46,111 bases of DNA from positions 39,937 through 86,047 of the forward strand of contig NW_014040219.1 of assembly GCF_001186125.1 (NCBI RefSeq), in the 5' to 3' direction. Below the pieces are notes generated by a model. The model did not search any database. It had not been told where the DNA came from and saw nothing but the letters and a program-made list of their open reading frames with translations. This document shows positions 1-13,152 of the stretch, one piece after another; the stretch's first letter is position 1, and every line of letters starts with the position of its first letter. The stretch is from Sphaeroforma arctica JP610. Its lineage: Eukaryota. A program made the position numbers and the translations under genes.

Positions 1-270
1 AATTACCTTTGGACGTACATCTCTGTGAATAAATATCGCGGTGACATGTCTGGCAGGTTGTTTGGTTACATTTGGATGTACACCTCTATGGATAAATGTC
101 GCAGTGGCATGTCTGACAGGTTGTTTGGTTACATTTGGATGTACACCGATGTCTCCTTTAGTGAGCCCGATGACACCATCACGACATGCGTAAATTTCGT
201 TTGCCCAATTGTCACCGTCGTTTCCTAACCCAGATATTCGACGAAGGAGATGAATGTTAAATTTGCGCAT
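1..270 (-). CDS. Possible exon or ORF running off the window edge, containing a 21-aa tandem repeat (unknown function)
   Basis: Open frame from ATG at 270: MRKFNIHLLRRISGLG...GVHPNVTKQPVRHATATFIHRGVHPNVTKQPARHVTAIFIHRDVRPK; possible donor gtaatt at 1-6. No homology recognised. Confidence 0.25.
   Translation of the reverse strand, partial: MRKFNIHLLRRISGLGNDGDNWANEIYACRDGVIGLTKGDIGVHPNVTKQPVRHATATFIHRGVHPNVTKQPARHVTAIFIHRDVRPKVI
8..146. repeat. 63-bp tandem repeat, about 2.2 copies
   Basis: The tttgga(c/t)gtaca unit recurs at 8, 71 and 134. Confidence 0.8.
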
Positions 271-595
271 AGCCTCCTCTATGTAGGCCACTAAAATAAT
301 TACACACTCTTATGTCTTTTTAGATGATGGCTATGGTTTGAGATAGTTGTTAGATTCGAGATAAACTCGGGGTTTGAGACGAATGATGGGTTTTAGATAG
401 CTCCCCAACCACTCCGTCTGGCAGATGCCGTACAACATGACCCACCCCTGCGCTCATCTCCATGTCTGTTTGCCAGCGCATGCATTTCCGCAACAATTGG
501 GCACTTAACGATTATCGCATATGAATACACACGCTGTCTTCACATTTAGACTACGCGTACATGGCTGTCGAACTCGTGCAATACAAGATTCTGCT

Positions 596-772
596 GTATA
601 TATATATATATATACAGTGATATATATATATATATACAGTGATATATATATATATACAGTGTATATATATATATATATACAGTGATATATATATATATAC
701 AGTGATATATATATATATACATATACAGTGATATATATATATATATATATACAGTGATATATATATATATGT
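596..772. repeat. Compound microsatellite: (TA)n punctuated by CAGTG
   Basis: Directly visible repeated cagtg(at)n blocks. Confidence 0.9.
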
Positions 773-929
773 ATATTTAACAAGTGATTTATGTGCATCA
801 ATGGATACTTATACTCTTCCATTGATATGGTGACACACGCGTGTTGCACGCTCGTGTCCCATTTCTCCCTTTAGCATGTTAACCGTTCTTTATTAATCTT
901 TATAGCAGTCTACGTCCTTCATCCTCCCC

Positions 930-3900
930 TCATTCAAACACATGTGTCGCCTCATTGGTGGCGAAGGTGTCCATCAAGCGCACAGCCAATTGCGTCGCCA
1001 ACAGAGCGTCTACATCTGCGATCCAATCAGATGCCGCGTCTTTGGCGTTCCCAGAAAGCGTGCGTGCAGCAGCCACAGCCTGCAATGGTGAGGTGAGTTG
1101 TGGTGTTGTTAGGTAGGTATCGGGAATCAGCTGAAGGGATACCGAGACAACCAAGTCGACCCCTTAGATACACAACTGCGAGAATATATACACCATATAT
1201 AGAATCGAGTAAACACTTTGCATTCATAAGCACACACACACACATATATATATATATACATAAACATACATACATACATATATATATATATATACATAGG
1301 GATTGTACACCTACACCAAGAAATAATCCGAAACAAAGCACAGACAAAATACGCACGCACCTTCTTCAGATCGCCCTGGTCCAACCAGAACTCTACCCGT
1401 GCCAGTACGGTATCAGTCTCCTCAATCACTTCGTTTTGTGCTGATCCTGCCACTACTACTGGTTCTCGGCGGAAGGTCAGTGCGTCAGCCACACAGGCAG
1501 CTGTGTATGTGGCCACTCCGGATACAAAATTACCCGATTTATCCCTGTGAATACAGGATAAGGGATGGGTTGGCGTGTGTGATAGTATGGTGTATCTATC
1601 CGTGTGTAGGCAATACGCCATATGCAACTGCGCATGAGCACACAGTTGCAAAGTTACACGTAGTATCCAAGTCTTCTAAATAAAAAAGAGAGGGGGATAA
1701 TAGAAGGTTGATACAGGCGGATTGTTCCTTGGTTTCGACAATGGCCACCCACGTCACTCTGTGCGCGTGGTTGCACACGAGCGCTTAGAGAGGACCCTAG
1801 CGCGCAAGCAGGCTAACGTCTTTCATCATAAAGATATATAACACTCACACAGACCCCTCAGACAACTCTCATAGCTAAACACGAGACTTACTCTGGCATG
1901 AGATTGCTTTTGCGTAGCGTAGGTCGCAGCCGTTTGAATTGGCTCTGCAGCTGTCCATAGTTCTTCAGCGGTGACGAGAATATGACATCTGGAAGACATT
2001 TGACGGCCATCTGAATGCAGCAGACAAAGGCAAACAGGGTTAATGAACTATGTACATGGCTGTATATGATTGTGAGACCATGACATCTGGAAGACACTTG
2101 ACGGCCAATACATACAAACCATCGAGCCTATCTATACATACCACAGTCGCACGTGTACATAGGCAGTGGCCAATACATACGCAAACCATCCGAGCCTACC
2201 TATACATATCTATACTTACCTGGTACAGATTATCCTCCTCTTCAATCCCAGCCTTGGCCTTGCCCACTGTGCCTGCAAGTGCCAGGGCATCACGGTCTAC
2301 AGCCAGAGGCTCATTACTGTCGAGTGCGTGCTGTATCGCTGACCTGCCCAGGTACATCGCGTGTAACCTGCGTGCGGAGCCCGAAGCTTCCTTTGACTTG
2401 GTCAGTAGGGCGTCGAGGTTCTGGGATGGGTTGGGATGGCATTGGGTGTGAGTGGGTGAGTGTGTTAGAGGGCATAGCATGTTGTATCTGCACATCAGAC
2501 TACTTGGATACACAGGGGTTATACCCCCAAACCCTGAATCTTATATACAGGATTTAAACCCCAATACCCTAAATCTTATACACAGGGTTTAAACCCCAAA
2601 ACCCTATATACAGGGGGGTGTACAGGAACGAAACAATGTGCACTGCCACACAGGCAGTTGTTACACACACGTGGCAGTGGCTCTAAGGGACAGCCTATAA
2701 ACACAGACATCCCCAATACGCCAAATCAGACGCATTTTGAAAAGCAATCCACCATATACACAATACAAACGCCTTCCGAAACCAACAGCCTGGCAGCCAT
2801 ATACACAACACAAACGTCTTCCGAAACCAACAGCCTGGCTGCCATATACACAATACAAACGCCTTCCGAAACCAACAGCCTGGCTGCCATATACACAACA
2901 CAAACGTCTTCCGAAACCAACAGCCTGGCTGCCATATACACAACACAAACGCTTTCTTAAACCAACAGCCTGACTGCCATATACACAACACAAACGCCTT
3001 CTTACACCAATATTTTTTCTTGGTACGTTTCAGAAGGAGACTCGGTACTAGTCTAACTGACCTGCAGCCTGGCTGTCACATACACAATACAAACGCCTTC
3101 TTAAACCAATAGGTTTTTTTTTGGTACGCTTCATTAAGAGACTCGGTATTAATCCAACTGACCTGCAGCCTGGCTGTCATGGCCTCAAGTGCCGCCAGCC
3201 GTTCCGTTCGCTCTTTCGCCAGTCGTTGCAGGAGGGCTTGCTTTCCGACTACACACAGAGGAGAGATGTGTACATGAACAATATCAGTACATGCGAAGCT
3301 TGTCTTTTGGTTGTGGGTAAATGGTTGTGTATATGCATGGGGGCCCTATTCAGATATGTAGGTATATATACACCTGCATGATCATGCATGTAGAGATATG
3401 TAGGTATATATATGTCAATGTTTTACAGACAAGACCGGTACAATCTCCCACAAACTGAGACATGGAACGAATAAGGCTTAGGGGTATGAGCGTAAGTCTC
3501 TGTACAGCCATATCACACATACACACGGCAGTGCGAACAACCACACGGGTGGATACGGCCAGGAGAAGGGTGTTTGTACAGAGATTTGCACGTGTGCAAT
3601 GTAGTGATACTAATGCACGTGCTTTACGATACCATGACCACGTGATACGGACAGCGACACACCGGAGATACACCACTCCGTACAACAATGGACGGGCTCA
3701 CGTTCACAGACAAATCTCTGTTCCCACTGACTGCTGAGAAACAACATCGAGCATGCAGCTACTTGCTGTAATGTAAGTATCCGGTCATCTGTCTCTGTCA
3801 TAGTAGATGCACAGGCCGCCACAAAACAAGTACTACTTCGCCACCAGATCATACGGAGGTTACACCGCACACACACCCACTTTCGTACTGGGCGCCAGCC

Positions 3901-6900
3901 TGTTGCTGCAGCTTGTCTTGGTAGTAGTGTTCGTACAGTGTTTCCAGCCGCTTGATGGTGTTGAGCTGTTCCTCGTTGTTCTGTGAGTGCCACACGTGCT
4001 TCTCCTCTTCTACGAGTTTGTCATGTAGCGCCGCCTCGGCCGCGACTGCCGCCTCAGCCATCTCTGTATGCAAAGAGAGTGAGTAGAAAGTCAGGTGGTG
4101 AGATGACCGACAGTAGGATAGAAAGCCTTAAAATATAAGATATAAATCATACAGGCATATATATATATATATATCTATATATTATAGAAATATATAGGGA
4201 GAAGTGGGAGCATTTAATCGATGACTATCAGGTGTACCCATGCACAAGAAGACTTCTTCTTTGCAAAAAAGTCTCTGCGCATACCAGAACGCTATAGTGC
4301 ATCACATTAAACCACGAGCTGCCCATCAAACACCTCTCTGAACCGGGTCATACACACACACACACACAAAGCACATGCCACTCATCACGGCCACTCGCAA
4401 AGTCGTTTGCAAATTCTGCATCGAGCGCTACACCATACCATTCTGATCACAACAACGGAACAGCCACACGTCTGATTGCGATCTCATGAATACAGCTGCA
4501 ATGCGTGTGCGTCCACATACCCTTCTCTTGAGCACGTGCCAGCACAATCTGTTCCTGCATTTGCTGCTGCAGCGTCTCTGCCTGTTGTTGTAGGGCTAAG
4601 GTGTGCTCCAGCTGCGTGGCTTCGAGCTGTTGGAATTCGGGGGGGAAGTGGGGTTCGTAGTCACAATCAATGTATATATATATATATATATATATGAGAG
4701 AAAACATAATGGATATATATATATATAAGGAAACGCCGCACGGATGTTGGAGAATGTAAGGTGAAACATAACACTCAACAAATACTGTGTAATCGACTAC
4801 GCATAAAACCTTGCGCAATCGTGTGCAGCGATTTTGAACGGTTCTGCGCGAGTGCGTGTTGAAGTATGCCTACCTTGAGGCTAACTAGATACGAGCGTAC
4901 TGTTTTACTTAAAATGAAAGCGTTAGAAAAAGGAATCGGTTGTACATAACAGGTGCAATGATGCATATGTGCTGGCATACAACAAAACATAGCTCCAGCT
5001 CTACATACACACACAAGCAAAACGTGCAACGCAAATACCCGTGACACGGGGATACTCCTACACAGGCGGAATACAGACCTGCGTATGAATGCATACAGAC
5101 GCATGAGAACCCGTACCTTCTGTTGATAAGCCTCCTCAGCCTCCTGTAACCTATTCTGCATGTCCTTGAGCTTCTGTTCATTCTCCTGCTCGTCGAGCGA
5201 TACCATGTGCACCAGGCGGTTGAGCTCATTGGCCAAGAACATCGTCTTCGCACGCCCAGCCAAGTCTGACGGCATATTCTCGTCAATCTCCTTGATCTTC
5301 TCACTCAGCCTCTTCTGAAAGAAGGTTTCTAAGGGCGCTTCTCCTTCTGCTTCGGTGGCGGATGCCTCTGAACCGTCCTGGATATCGGGTTGGGAGCCAA
5401 GATATTGGGTGAGAAAATGGGTCAAAGTCCCCAAGTGTAAAATGTTGTATAATACGACAAAGGAAAACAACGACATATCAATGCAGGATTCCAAGCTTTC
5501 GATGGGTGGAGGTAACAGATGTAATACGCAAGCACTGTGCCGCACGAGGTCCTCCCACATTTCTCCCGAGTGGCAACTACGCCATACAACATTCAAGGCC
5601 AAGTCCGGTACAAGGCTCTAAAGCATTTGAGAGACATGGGCGGTGGACATAATATCGCATATGGGTACCCCCAGTGGTGCCTACACACCTGCCAACGCTA
5701 GCTTGTGCCTGCCTACCCCTGCCCTTTAAACACACAGCTAGACACAGCTAAGCAAAGCCAAGACGCAGCCAAGCGAAGACAAACACCGCCAAGAAACAAC
5801 ACAGACACAGACACAGCTACTGCGTCCCACACACCTTTGCCAACACCTGCGTCATGTCCTGCTTGGCCTTGTCGGCCTGGCTCTTCAGCGCACTCGCCTT
5901 GTCGCCCACATTCTCCGCCAGCTCATCTGCGGCCTGCACACTCTCACGGATGCGTTCGCTGAGCGAGTTGGTGAGCTCACTCACTTCGTCTCCCACCGCC
6001 TGTTGGGCGTCCTGGGCCGTGCCCTTGATATCTGCCCCAACCTCCTGAGCTTTGTCCTGTACGTTGTGGGCCGCAGATTCCGCCTGGTCTATCGCATTCC
6101 CGGCCCTGTCTCGCATATCTGCAGCCACATCCTCAGCCTTATCTTTGGCATCACCAGCCACGTCAACAGCTTTATTTTTGGCATCACCAGCTACATCCTC
6201 AGCCTTGTTTACCAAATTACCAGCTTTATTGTACACATCACCAGCCATATCTTTGGCCTTGGTCACCAGATTGCCGGCCTTGTCATACACCCCACCTGCC
6301 ACATCACCTGCCTTGTTTGCCAGGTTTCCAGCTTTATCCTCGGCCTTGTGTACCAAATTACCAGCCTTATCGTACACATCCACAGCCTTGTCTTTGGCAT
6401 CACCAGCTACATTCTCAGCCTTGTTTACCAAATTACCAGCCTTATCGTACACATCACCAGCAACATCCACAGCCTTATCTTTGGCATCACCAGCTACATT
6501 CTCAGCCTTGTTTACCAAATTACCAGCCTTATCGTACACATCACCGGCCATGTCCTCGGCCTTGGTCACCAGATTACCAGCCTTGTCATACACATCACCA
6601 GCCACATCCACAGCCTTGTCCTTGATACCACTTGCTGCATCGCCAGCCTTATCTGTGAGCCCCAGTGTGAGCTCCTTCATTCCACGTGCAGCTATGCGTG
6701 TAGTGTCGTTAACATCAGCGGCAACCTCGGCAGCGGCCTCTGTGGCCTTCTCAGTACCCAACGCAACCTCATCCGCCACCACCTGATTTATTGCACATAA
6801 AAAGCGATATACGGTAACCGCCAGTGAGTTGGAAGGCATATTCACATGCACATATATTACGAATTAACGTAAACACCAGTGAGTCATAATGTATATTCAC

Positions 6901-9900
6901 ATGCAGATACAGTATGAATTAACGTAAACACCACCGAGTTAAAAAGTGTATTCGCATCTGATGTGATGTGGACGAGGCATTACTGCCTGTGCACTAACTG
7001 CAAAGGAGTCGTATCGCGTTGTAATGAGGTACGCAACATGGCGCATATGCTGGTGTGCACAATGATACACCGTACTTATATAGAGACGTACTTACTGTTA
7101 CACACAACATACATAGAAACGTCAATAGAAGCGTGTATAATACAGTGGCAAGGTGCATTTTCTGCTACACACTACGAAAAGGTTTATAGTCACGTTCAAC
7201 TAAGTTTTTTGACACAATGAAGAAAGTTGGGATTGATATAGTCCCTGTTTTTGCAGACCAACAGCGACCTGCGCATCCCTTCGAACGGTTGACAAATCGT
7301 TAGCCCGAGCCTACAGTTAGGGGAAACCATCGCAGCAACACCGATTAGATGTACAAACGCTTAGACGAAAGCGTATTTCGCGATAGTCGAACCCATCTGC
7401 CCGTCCCTCTCCACTACAGCAGTCTCGAGCCCGCACCTACAAACACACACACCACGCATACATACACACACACATGAATACCCTCTATACACACACACAC
7501 ATAAATACCCTCTATACACACACACTCGCAAGCAGTACTACCAAACCAGGGTGTGCAACATCGCTCGGCACACCTCAGCGGTATCGCTAGCCACGCCACT
7601 GACTTTATCCACGGCCGCATTCAAACCACCCAAGGCCACACTAACGCCATCCTTGGCATAATCCGCTGCCGTACTTGCCCCGTCCCGCGTGACCTCAGCC
7701 ACCGTACTCAGGCCATCTGCACCTGTTTCAACGGCCCTGTCCAACTCCCCTTTGATCGGGTCCACCACAGTCTCATTCAGCGCGTCACCACCCGCCTCAG
7801 CGGCCCTACTAACCTCTGCCCTGGCCTTTTCCTCGCCCTTCTCCGCCGCGTCGTGGAGCTTCTCCTTCGTACTGTCCAGTGCAGCAACCCACTTGCTGGA
7901 CCCGGACAGGGCAGCAGGGCTCATATTGTCCTTAGCCGTCTCCACAACCCCCTCCAGCGCCTCCTCACCCCTGTGCACCGCCGCTCTGAGTTCGTCCTTG
8001 CCGTGTTCTAGCGCGTGCTTGGCGCTGTCCAAGGCGTTGCCTTTGACAATGGCTTCTTCCACGTGTTGTAGCACATCTTTCAGCGTCTCGGTGCCATGCT
8101 CGACGGCTTCTTCCACACTGTCCTTGGCATCGTGAGCCTTGTTTCTGAGCGTGCTGACGGCGTCTGTGAGCCCAGAGGTGACCTCGCGCGTAACGGACTC
8201 CAGCTGTTCGGTACTGCCCACAGCCACACCTTGCAGCATGGCTGTGACTTCCTTGACACCATCGGGAACTAGGTCAGAAGACTCGGGTGCTACACGTGCA
8301 TCGATCGAGGATAGGTGTGTTAGTATATATAGACAAAAAGATCACGAAATGATACATTGACGTATCTGAATCGTCTGACTTGTGCAATACATGGGGGGTG
8401 TCAAATGCGTCTATGTGGCAGGAGACAAGGTTGTGCAATCACAATACACAGTCGCTGACAATTGCATAAAGTACATAACATGTTCGTACATGCTCGGCCG
8501 TGTCCTTTCTGATTTGGGAACCATGGACAGGAATGGCGCTGCGGGCGTGTGTTTCCTGTAACAACCTATACGGGTACACGCTTTCATTGGCATATTATCA
8601 GCCTTGCCTCCGGCTACTCTCAGAAAGAATAGTTGAAAATTGTATACCTACTCATATCACTGAACCACACACTCAGACGCTAGTCTGATAACACCATCAC
8701 AAGCACCCACATGTATCCAGTAACAAACACACACACACTCTCTCTGAGCACACCCCCACAGGTGTCTAGAAGCAAACGCATACACACGCAAGCACGCATT
8801 CTCAGCACACTCACACAAGCATCTAGAAACGACCAAACACCCACCCACCCAACCCACACACACCCTGTGGCAGCACTTCACCGGCCTTTTCGTCGAGGCC
8901 GTGGGCCAAACCCTGGGCATTTTCTTTGGCCGTATCGGCCGCATCCTCCACGTTGTCCGTCACTCTGCTGTTGACTGCTTGTAGCTCATTCGCCGTGCTT
9001 GTGCCTGAGCCTCCATACACCATGCTGGCAAGGTCCTTGGAGCTCTGCTTGACCTTCTCAACCAGGTCCAATGCCTCGTCCTCTGAGAGGTGGACGGACG
9101 TGCATACATGTGTTTTTGTTAGCTATGTCATAGTGCTGTGTGGTGATGACATCGGTGAGGTTTTCATGGATATGCGTGTGCGTGTATCTGTACTTACCAC
9201 TTTACACATCTTTCTCAGAGGAATACACACTGTAGTATGAGCTGGTGCAATCGTACGCAGAAAGTTCTGTGGTTGCATCCGTATGTACACTCCGAGAGCA
9301 GCAACCCCTAGAGAATACGAGGCATGGACCTCCTGTGGTTAAAATCGAGCTCATCCACACATACACTAGCTTGACTGGTGTATATACTGGTTCCTCCCTA
9401 CCGAGCATTTGCGTATACATATGCGTCTAATGGCCGTTAGATCGTTGCACACACATGTTGTCGTGCACACGGCCACTCAGCTAAGTGGTGGACTGGCAGT
9501 CACATGGCGATACACAACAACTGTGAGTCCACTATCCGAGTGTTAAACAATCTCACAGTGTCCGATGATCTAATGAACACGTACGTAATAGGTCTCTGCT
9601 ACAGGGTTGTAGCGTGCTCATGAGCTCAGGCATGCACGCACCCGGCTTAGCTAAGTGTGAAGCTATGCATGCCCTTGCGTCCAGAATTTATAACTGACAC
9701 GAACCACTTACTTCTATACCACACACCCTACACAAGCCTATACAGCAGCATACAGTCCCAGGCTTGCGAACCGTATGTCCTTAATACTCATATCATGACA
9801 TCATAACAGAGGTAGGCATTAAATCCATGCTTACCGGCTTTATGCAGCACTGTGCCAACCATATCCTTCGCCTTCTCGATACTCTCTTCTCCGACAGGCA

Positions 9901-12029
9901 GGTTCTTCCAGGATAAATCCGGCTTCGGCATCTGCACGGTATGGGATAGTCGCATATATAGTATAAGTTCGCATGCATTCCCAACACGTTGAAGACGAGT
10001 CACAGCTTTCCCTCACGAGCACTAGAGCATACTCACGGCAACAGTTCCAACAACGTTAACGTTATGTCTGCGATAAAAGACTGACACTCCATACAGCGGA
10101 TACCGCAACAGATATATCACGAGCGATGGGTCTAGGGTGGAGCGAGGTGAGTAGAACCACGCATACGTGTGTGGGTAGATGTATATGCTCAGCACAACAG
10201 ATGTGTGTTTTGTTTGGTATACACACTTGCATGTTGTCGGTTGAGGGGATGTAGTGTGAATAAGCTTACATAACAAACGACACAGCACCTTTGCACCCTT
10301 CACATCACCGGTAGTTGTTCAGTTCATAGTAACAACGGTGCATTCAGATAGAAGTCTGCGCAACAGACGTATGTACATACACTGTACCGTACCAACCGGT
10401 GGCAAGACTCGCATTGGAGGCATTCGTATGCGATTGGCGACCACACTCACTAGCATTCAGCACCAAGCAAAGCCACAACACACAAGCCTCGCATACCCAG
10501 TAGAACAAACGTTCGCAGCCAAGACAGATATGAAACACCCACCTTAATCACAGCCTTAGGCCCCAGAAAGGCATCCAGCACATCCTTTCCACCGGGGACG
10601 TATGCTTCAAAGCTGTGATAACAACATCCAGAGAAGTCGATAGGTTAGACGGAAAAGGGTGGAGGAACTCGGATGAAGCGTAACGTACAGGCAGTAGTGC
10701 ATGGGAGACGCAATACGCATACACAGCTATGGCGATTTGAGTGCACGTTTGTCTTGATAGTGTGACTATGCTTGTTCCAGATTCGGATCAATTCGTGCTA
10801 CCAGGACATCTTTTTGTACTCAAACATGAATAAGTGGACAACATGACAGCGCCAAGGGAGTGCGCGTGGTATGCACTAACATAACATATACCATTCACAC
10901 ACACATGCACATGCCACATATGCACAATCATATGTATAAATTCATACCCAACAAATACCTAGTCATCATAATACCTAGTCATCATACACATGCACGATAA
11001 TTATGAGTGCTGAGGAGATAGGGGTCGATTCTGAATAGCACAGATATAACATACCCCCCCCCTATATATACATATACATATAGTCATGAACGCGTACTGA
11101 TATACCAGCCAGCGCACACACAATTAACATCCTACAAGCTAAGCGTATGTAGTAAGTATACCCCAACATCACATACTCTCTTCTGAATTTTGCATCCTCG
11201 TTTGCCATGTACACACAGTAGGCGCCACCCATCACCACCGACCCGCCAACGAAGCCAATGAGCGCAGGCAACATCGATCCCCTGAGTAGGTAAAAGCATG
11301 GACATGATAACAAGCGTAATGCGCGGTTTTGTGTAATATACTTGTATGACAAAGCGATTGAAGTAACGTATAGCAACGGAAAGTATATGATTGCCTCTGG
11401 ATAGCGAGTGGTGCTGACAATAAATGACCCTCGTTTAGCGACCGTTCAGGAGGAAGAAGTGTGTGTAATATACAATTATAACACGTGATCCTTAATAATC
11501 AAAAGAACACGAACATGTATACAACAGCTATTGCTATCAAAGACATCGCATAGCAAGCCCATAATACGCAATGTACAGTAGCGCAATAGACACATATGAA
11601 AATACATACTGCTGTCAAGAAAGGACATCAGTGATTGTAGTCCTGATTTTAGGTACAGACAGAATAGTTTCATTTGAATATGGAGTAAACAGATACATAA
11701 ACACACACACACACGCATATATATATATATGTAAATATATATATTATACATATATCTACATACATACAAACACACACACACACGCATATATATATATATA
11801 TATGTATATGTATATACATATTAAGTACATGAATTTAGATATAAATATGAACACCTATGTATATGTATAGGTATATATATAGATAGATATACATATATAT
11901 ATATATATATATATAGTTCTATATCAATCTATCTATATAAAACTATATAGACATGCACATACACTTGCATATATATCACTTGCATATATATATTATGACA
12001 TATAAATATAAATATACATATATATATAC

Positions 12030-12063
<34 letters not shown>

Positions 12064-12103
12064 TTACATGTATATATATCTATAAATAAATATGCATGTT
12101 TAT

Positions 12104-12134
<31 letters not shown>

Positions 12135-12288
12135 ATAAATGTATATTATTATTTATATATATATTATAATATATATATAGTCGANAAGTGTATGTCGAAA
12201 GTGTAGTAATTAGTTTTNNNNNNNNNNNNNNNNNNNNATATACCATATGCATATATATACATACACACATACACTTCACAGATACACA

Positions 12289-12331
<43 letters not shown>

Positions 12332-13152
12332 AGACATGTGTATGTATACGTACCTAAGCACTTGTATACAATGTGCACTTCAAAGTAGAAATTCAATAAG
12401 GATGCACATGTGTATAAATCTATAGATACTTTGTCCAACAAGCCTTCTAGCAAACCGAAACAGGATACGGCAAACACACTGCCGTACGCTGACTATAATA
12501 GTGCACACAAGAATACATACTCTGAAGCGGGGGGAGGGACGCTCACAACTGGAGCTACCGGTTTAACCGCAGGAGGTGGTGGTGTTGCACTACCCACAGG
12601 TATTGTGGCCGCCTGGGGCTTAGGCGTTTGGCTGCATATGTTCGTCTGATAGTACGAGTCACCGCGATATTGCTACGGCTCTATTGTGAGGTGTATGGGA
12701 CATGATAATATGAGACTAACGCCAAACACGGCTTGGAAACGAACAATGGTGCATGTTTTGTGATTCTGTCGTAGAGGTTTGTACGGTTTAAAAGGAAAAT
12801 AGTGTATGTTTTGTGCTTGCATTCGTTGATCCTGATAGTTCGACTGCTATGTTTGCTGTCAATCCACGCGACTACAATCCAAACAACCCCAATGTTACAA
12901 ACGATCTCAAGAAATGATCCCCAAACAACCCCAATGATACAAACGATCTCGAGAAATGATCCTCATGCATAGAGGCGCGGCATAGAAGCATACAAAACTA
13001 TTTCGAGATATCCTCAACACCATCGGTATCCGCTGATATACGCTCGAAGCCGCTAAGCCAAATGCAACCCGACGAAATTGCGATATATACACGTTAGAAG
13101 GAATTAATGTACATACCTGCGCTAAGCGCGCACCGACTCGTGACAGGTTCAT
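930..13152 (-). CDS. MIC60: MICOS subunit Mic60 / mitofilin (IMMT) with a large LEA-like insert; 16 exons, about 1,204 aa
   Basis: Hand-spliced GT-AG exons: 13117-13152, 12521-12672 (or 12680), 11177-11281, 10543-10612, 9835-9931, 8882-9082, 7574-8289, 5835-6782, 5117-5377, 4521-4626, 3881-4063, 3163-3248, 2220-2420, 1892-2010, 1361-1544, 930-1079 (3,615 nt, in frame). Features: Arg-rich N-terminus MNLSRVGARLAQ, Pro-rich linker, TM ALIGFVGGSVVMGGAYCVY, then AKFRRDFEAYVPG, coiled coil (KERTERLAALEAMTARLQNLD), and C-terminal mitofilin signature DTVLARVEFWLDQGDLKKAVAAARTLSGNAKDAASDWI. Exon 2 acceptor and exon 6 donor are uncertain. Confidence 0.85.
2751..3180. repeat. 45-bp intronic minisatellite (about 6 copies plus degenerate longer units) sharing sequence with the end of Mic60 exon 12
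   Basis: Unit ccatatacacaa(t/c)acaaacg(c/t)cttccgaaaccaacagcctgg(ct/ca)g; donor-site copy aactgacctgcagcctggctgtca at about 3055 and 3157. Confidence 0.9.
5835..6782 (-). CDS. Mic60 exon 8: LEA-like A/D/K/G-rich repeat exon (316 codons, phase 0-0)
   Basis: Within ORF 5817..6851, bounded by aaatcag|GTG and AAG|gtgtgt. Recurring DVAGDVYDKAGNLVNKAE and DAKDKAVDVAG units. Confidence 0.8.
7574..8289 (-). CDS. Mic60 exon 7: LEA-like helical acidic/Ala-rich exon
   Basis: Overlaps ORF 7538..8239 (KAHDAKDSVEEAVEHG...DYAKDG), bounded by gtgtag|CA and GAG|gtgtgc. Confidence 0.75.
11690..12330. repeat. TA/CA microsatellite-rich intron segment with N-gap
   Basis: Long (TA)n and (CA)n runs; Ns at 12218-12237. 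Confidence 0.9.
12879..12962. repeat. 42-bp direct tandem duplication in Mic60 intron 1
   Basis: ccaaacaaccccaatg(t/a)tacaaacgatctc(a/g)agaaatgatcc, two copies. Confidence 0.8.

Noticed and set aside
505..849. YI-rich ORFs (also at 11476-12477, 29798-30055 and 42559-42780)
   Set aside because: Translations of (TA)n microsatellites.
2519..2610. Telomere-like aaaccc(t) words
   Set aside because: Irregular, part of a short degenerate intronic duplication, and not a telomeric array.
2658..2993. Repeat-protein ORFs in several frames
   Set aside because: By-product of a 45-bp intronic minisatellite inside Mic60 intron 12.
6003..6800. Long plus-strand ORFs of 265 and 244 aa
   Set aside because: Antisense shadows of the repetitive LEA-like exon.
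5817..6851. Stand-alone LEA gene
   Set aside because: The ORF ends read as intronic sequence, and splice sites in matching phase link it to the flanking Mic60 exons. Not formally excluded without cDNA.
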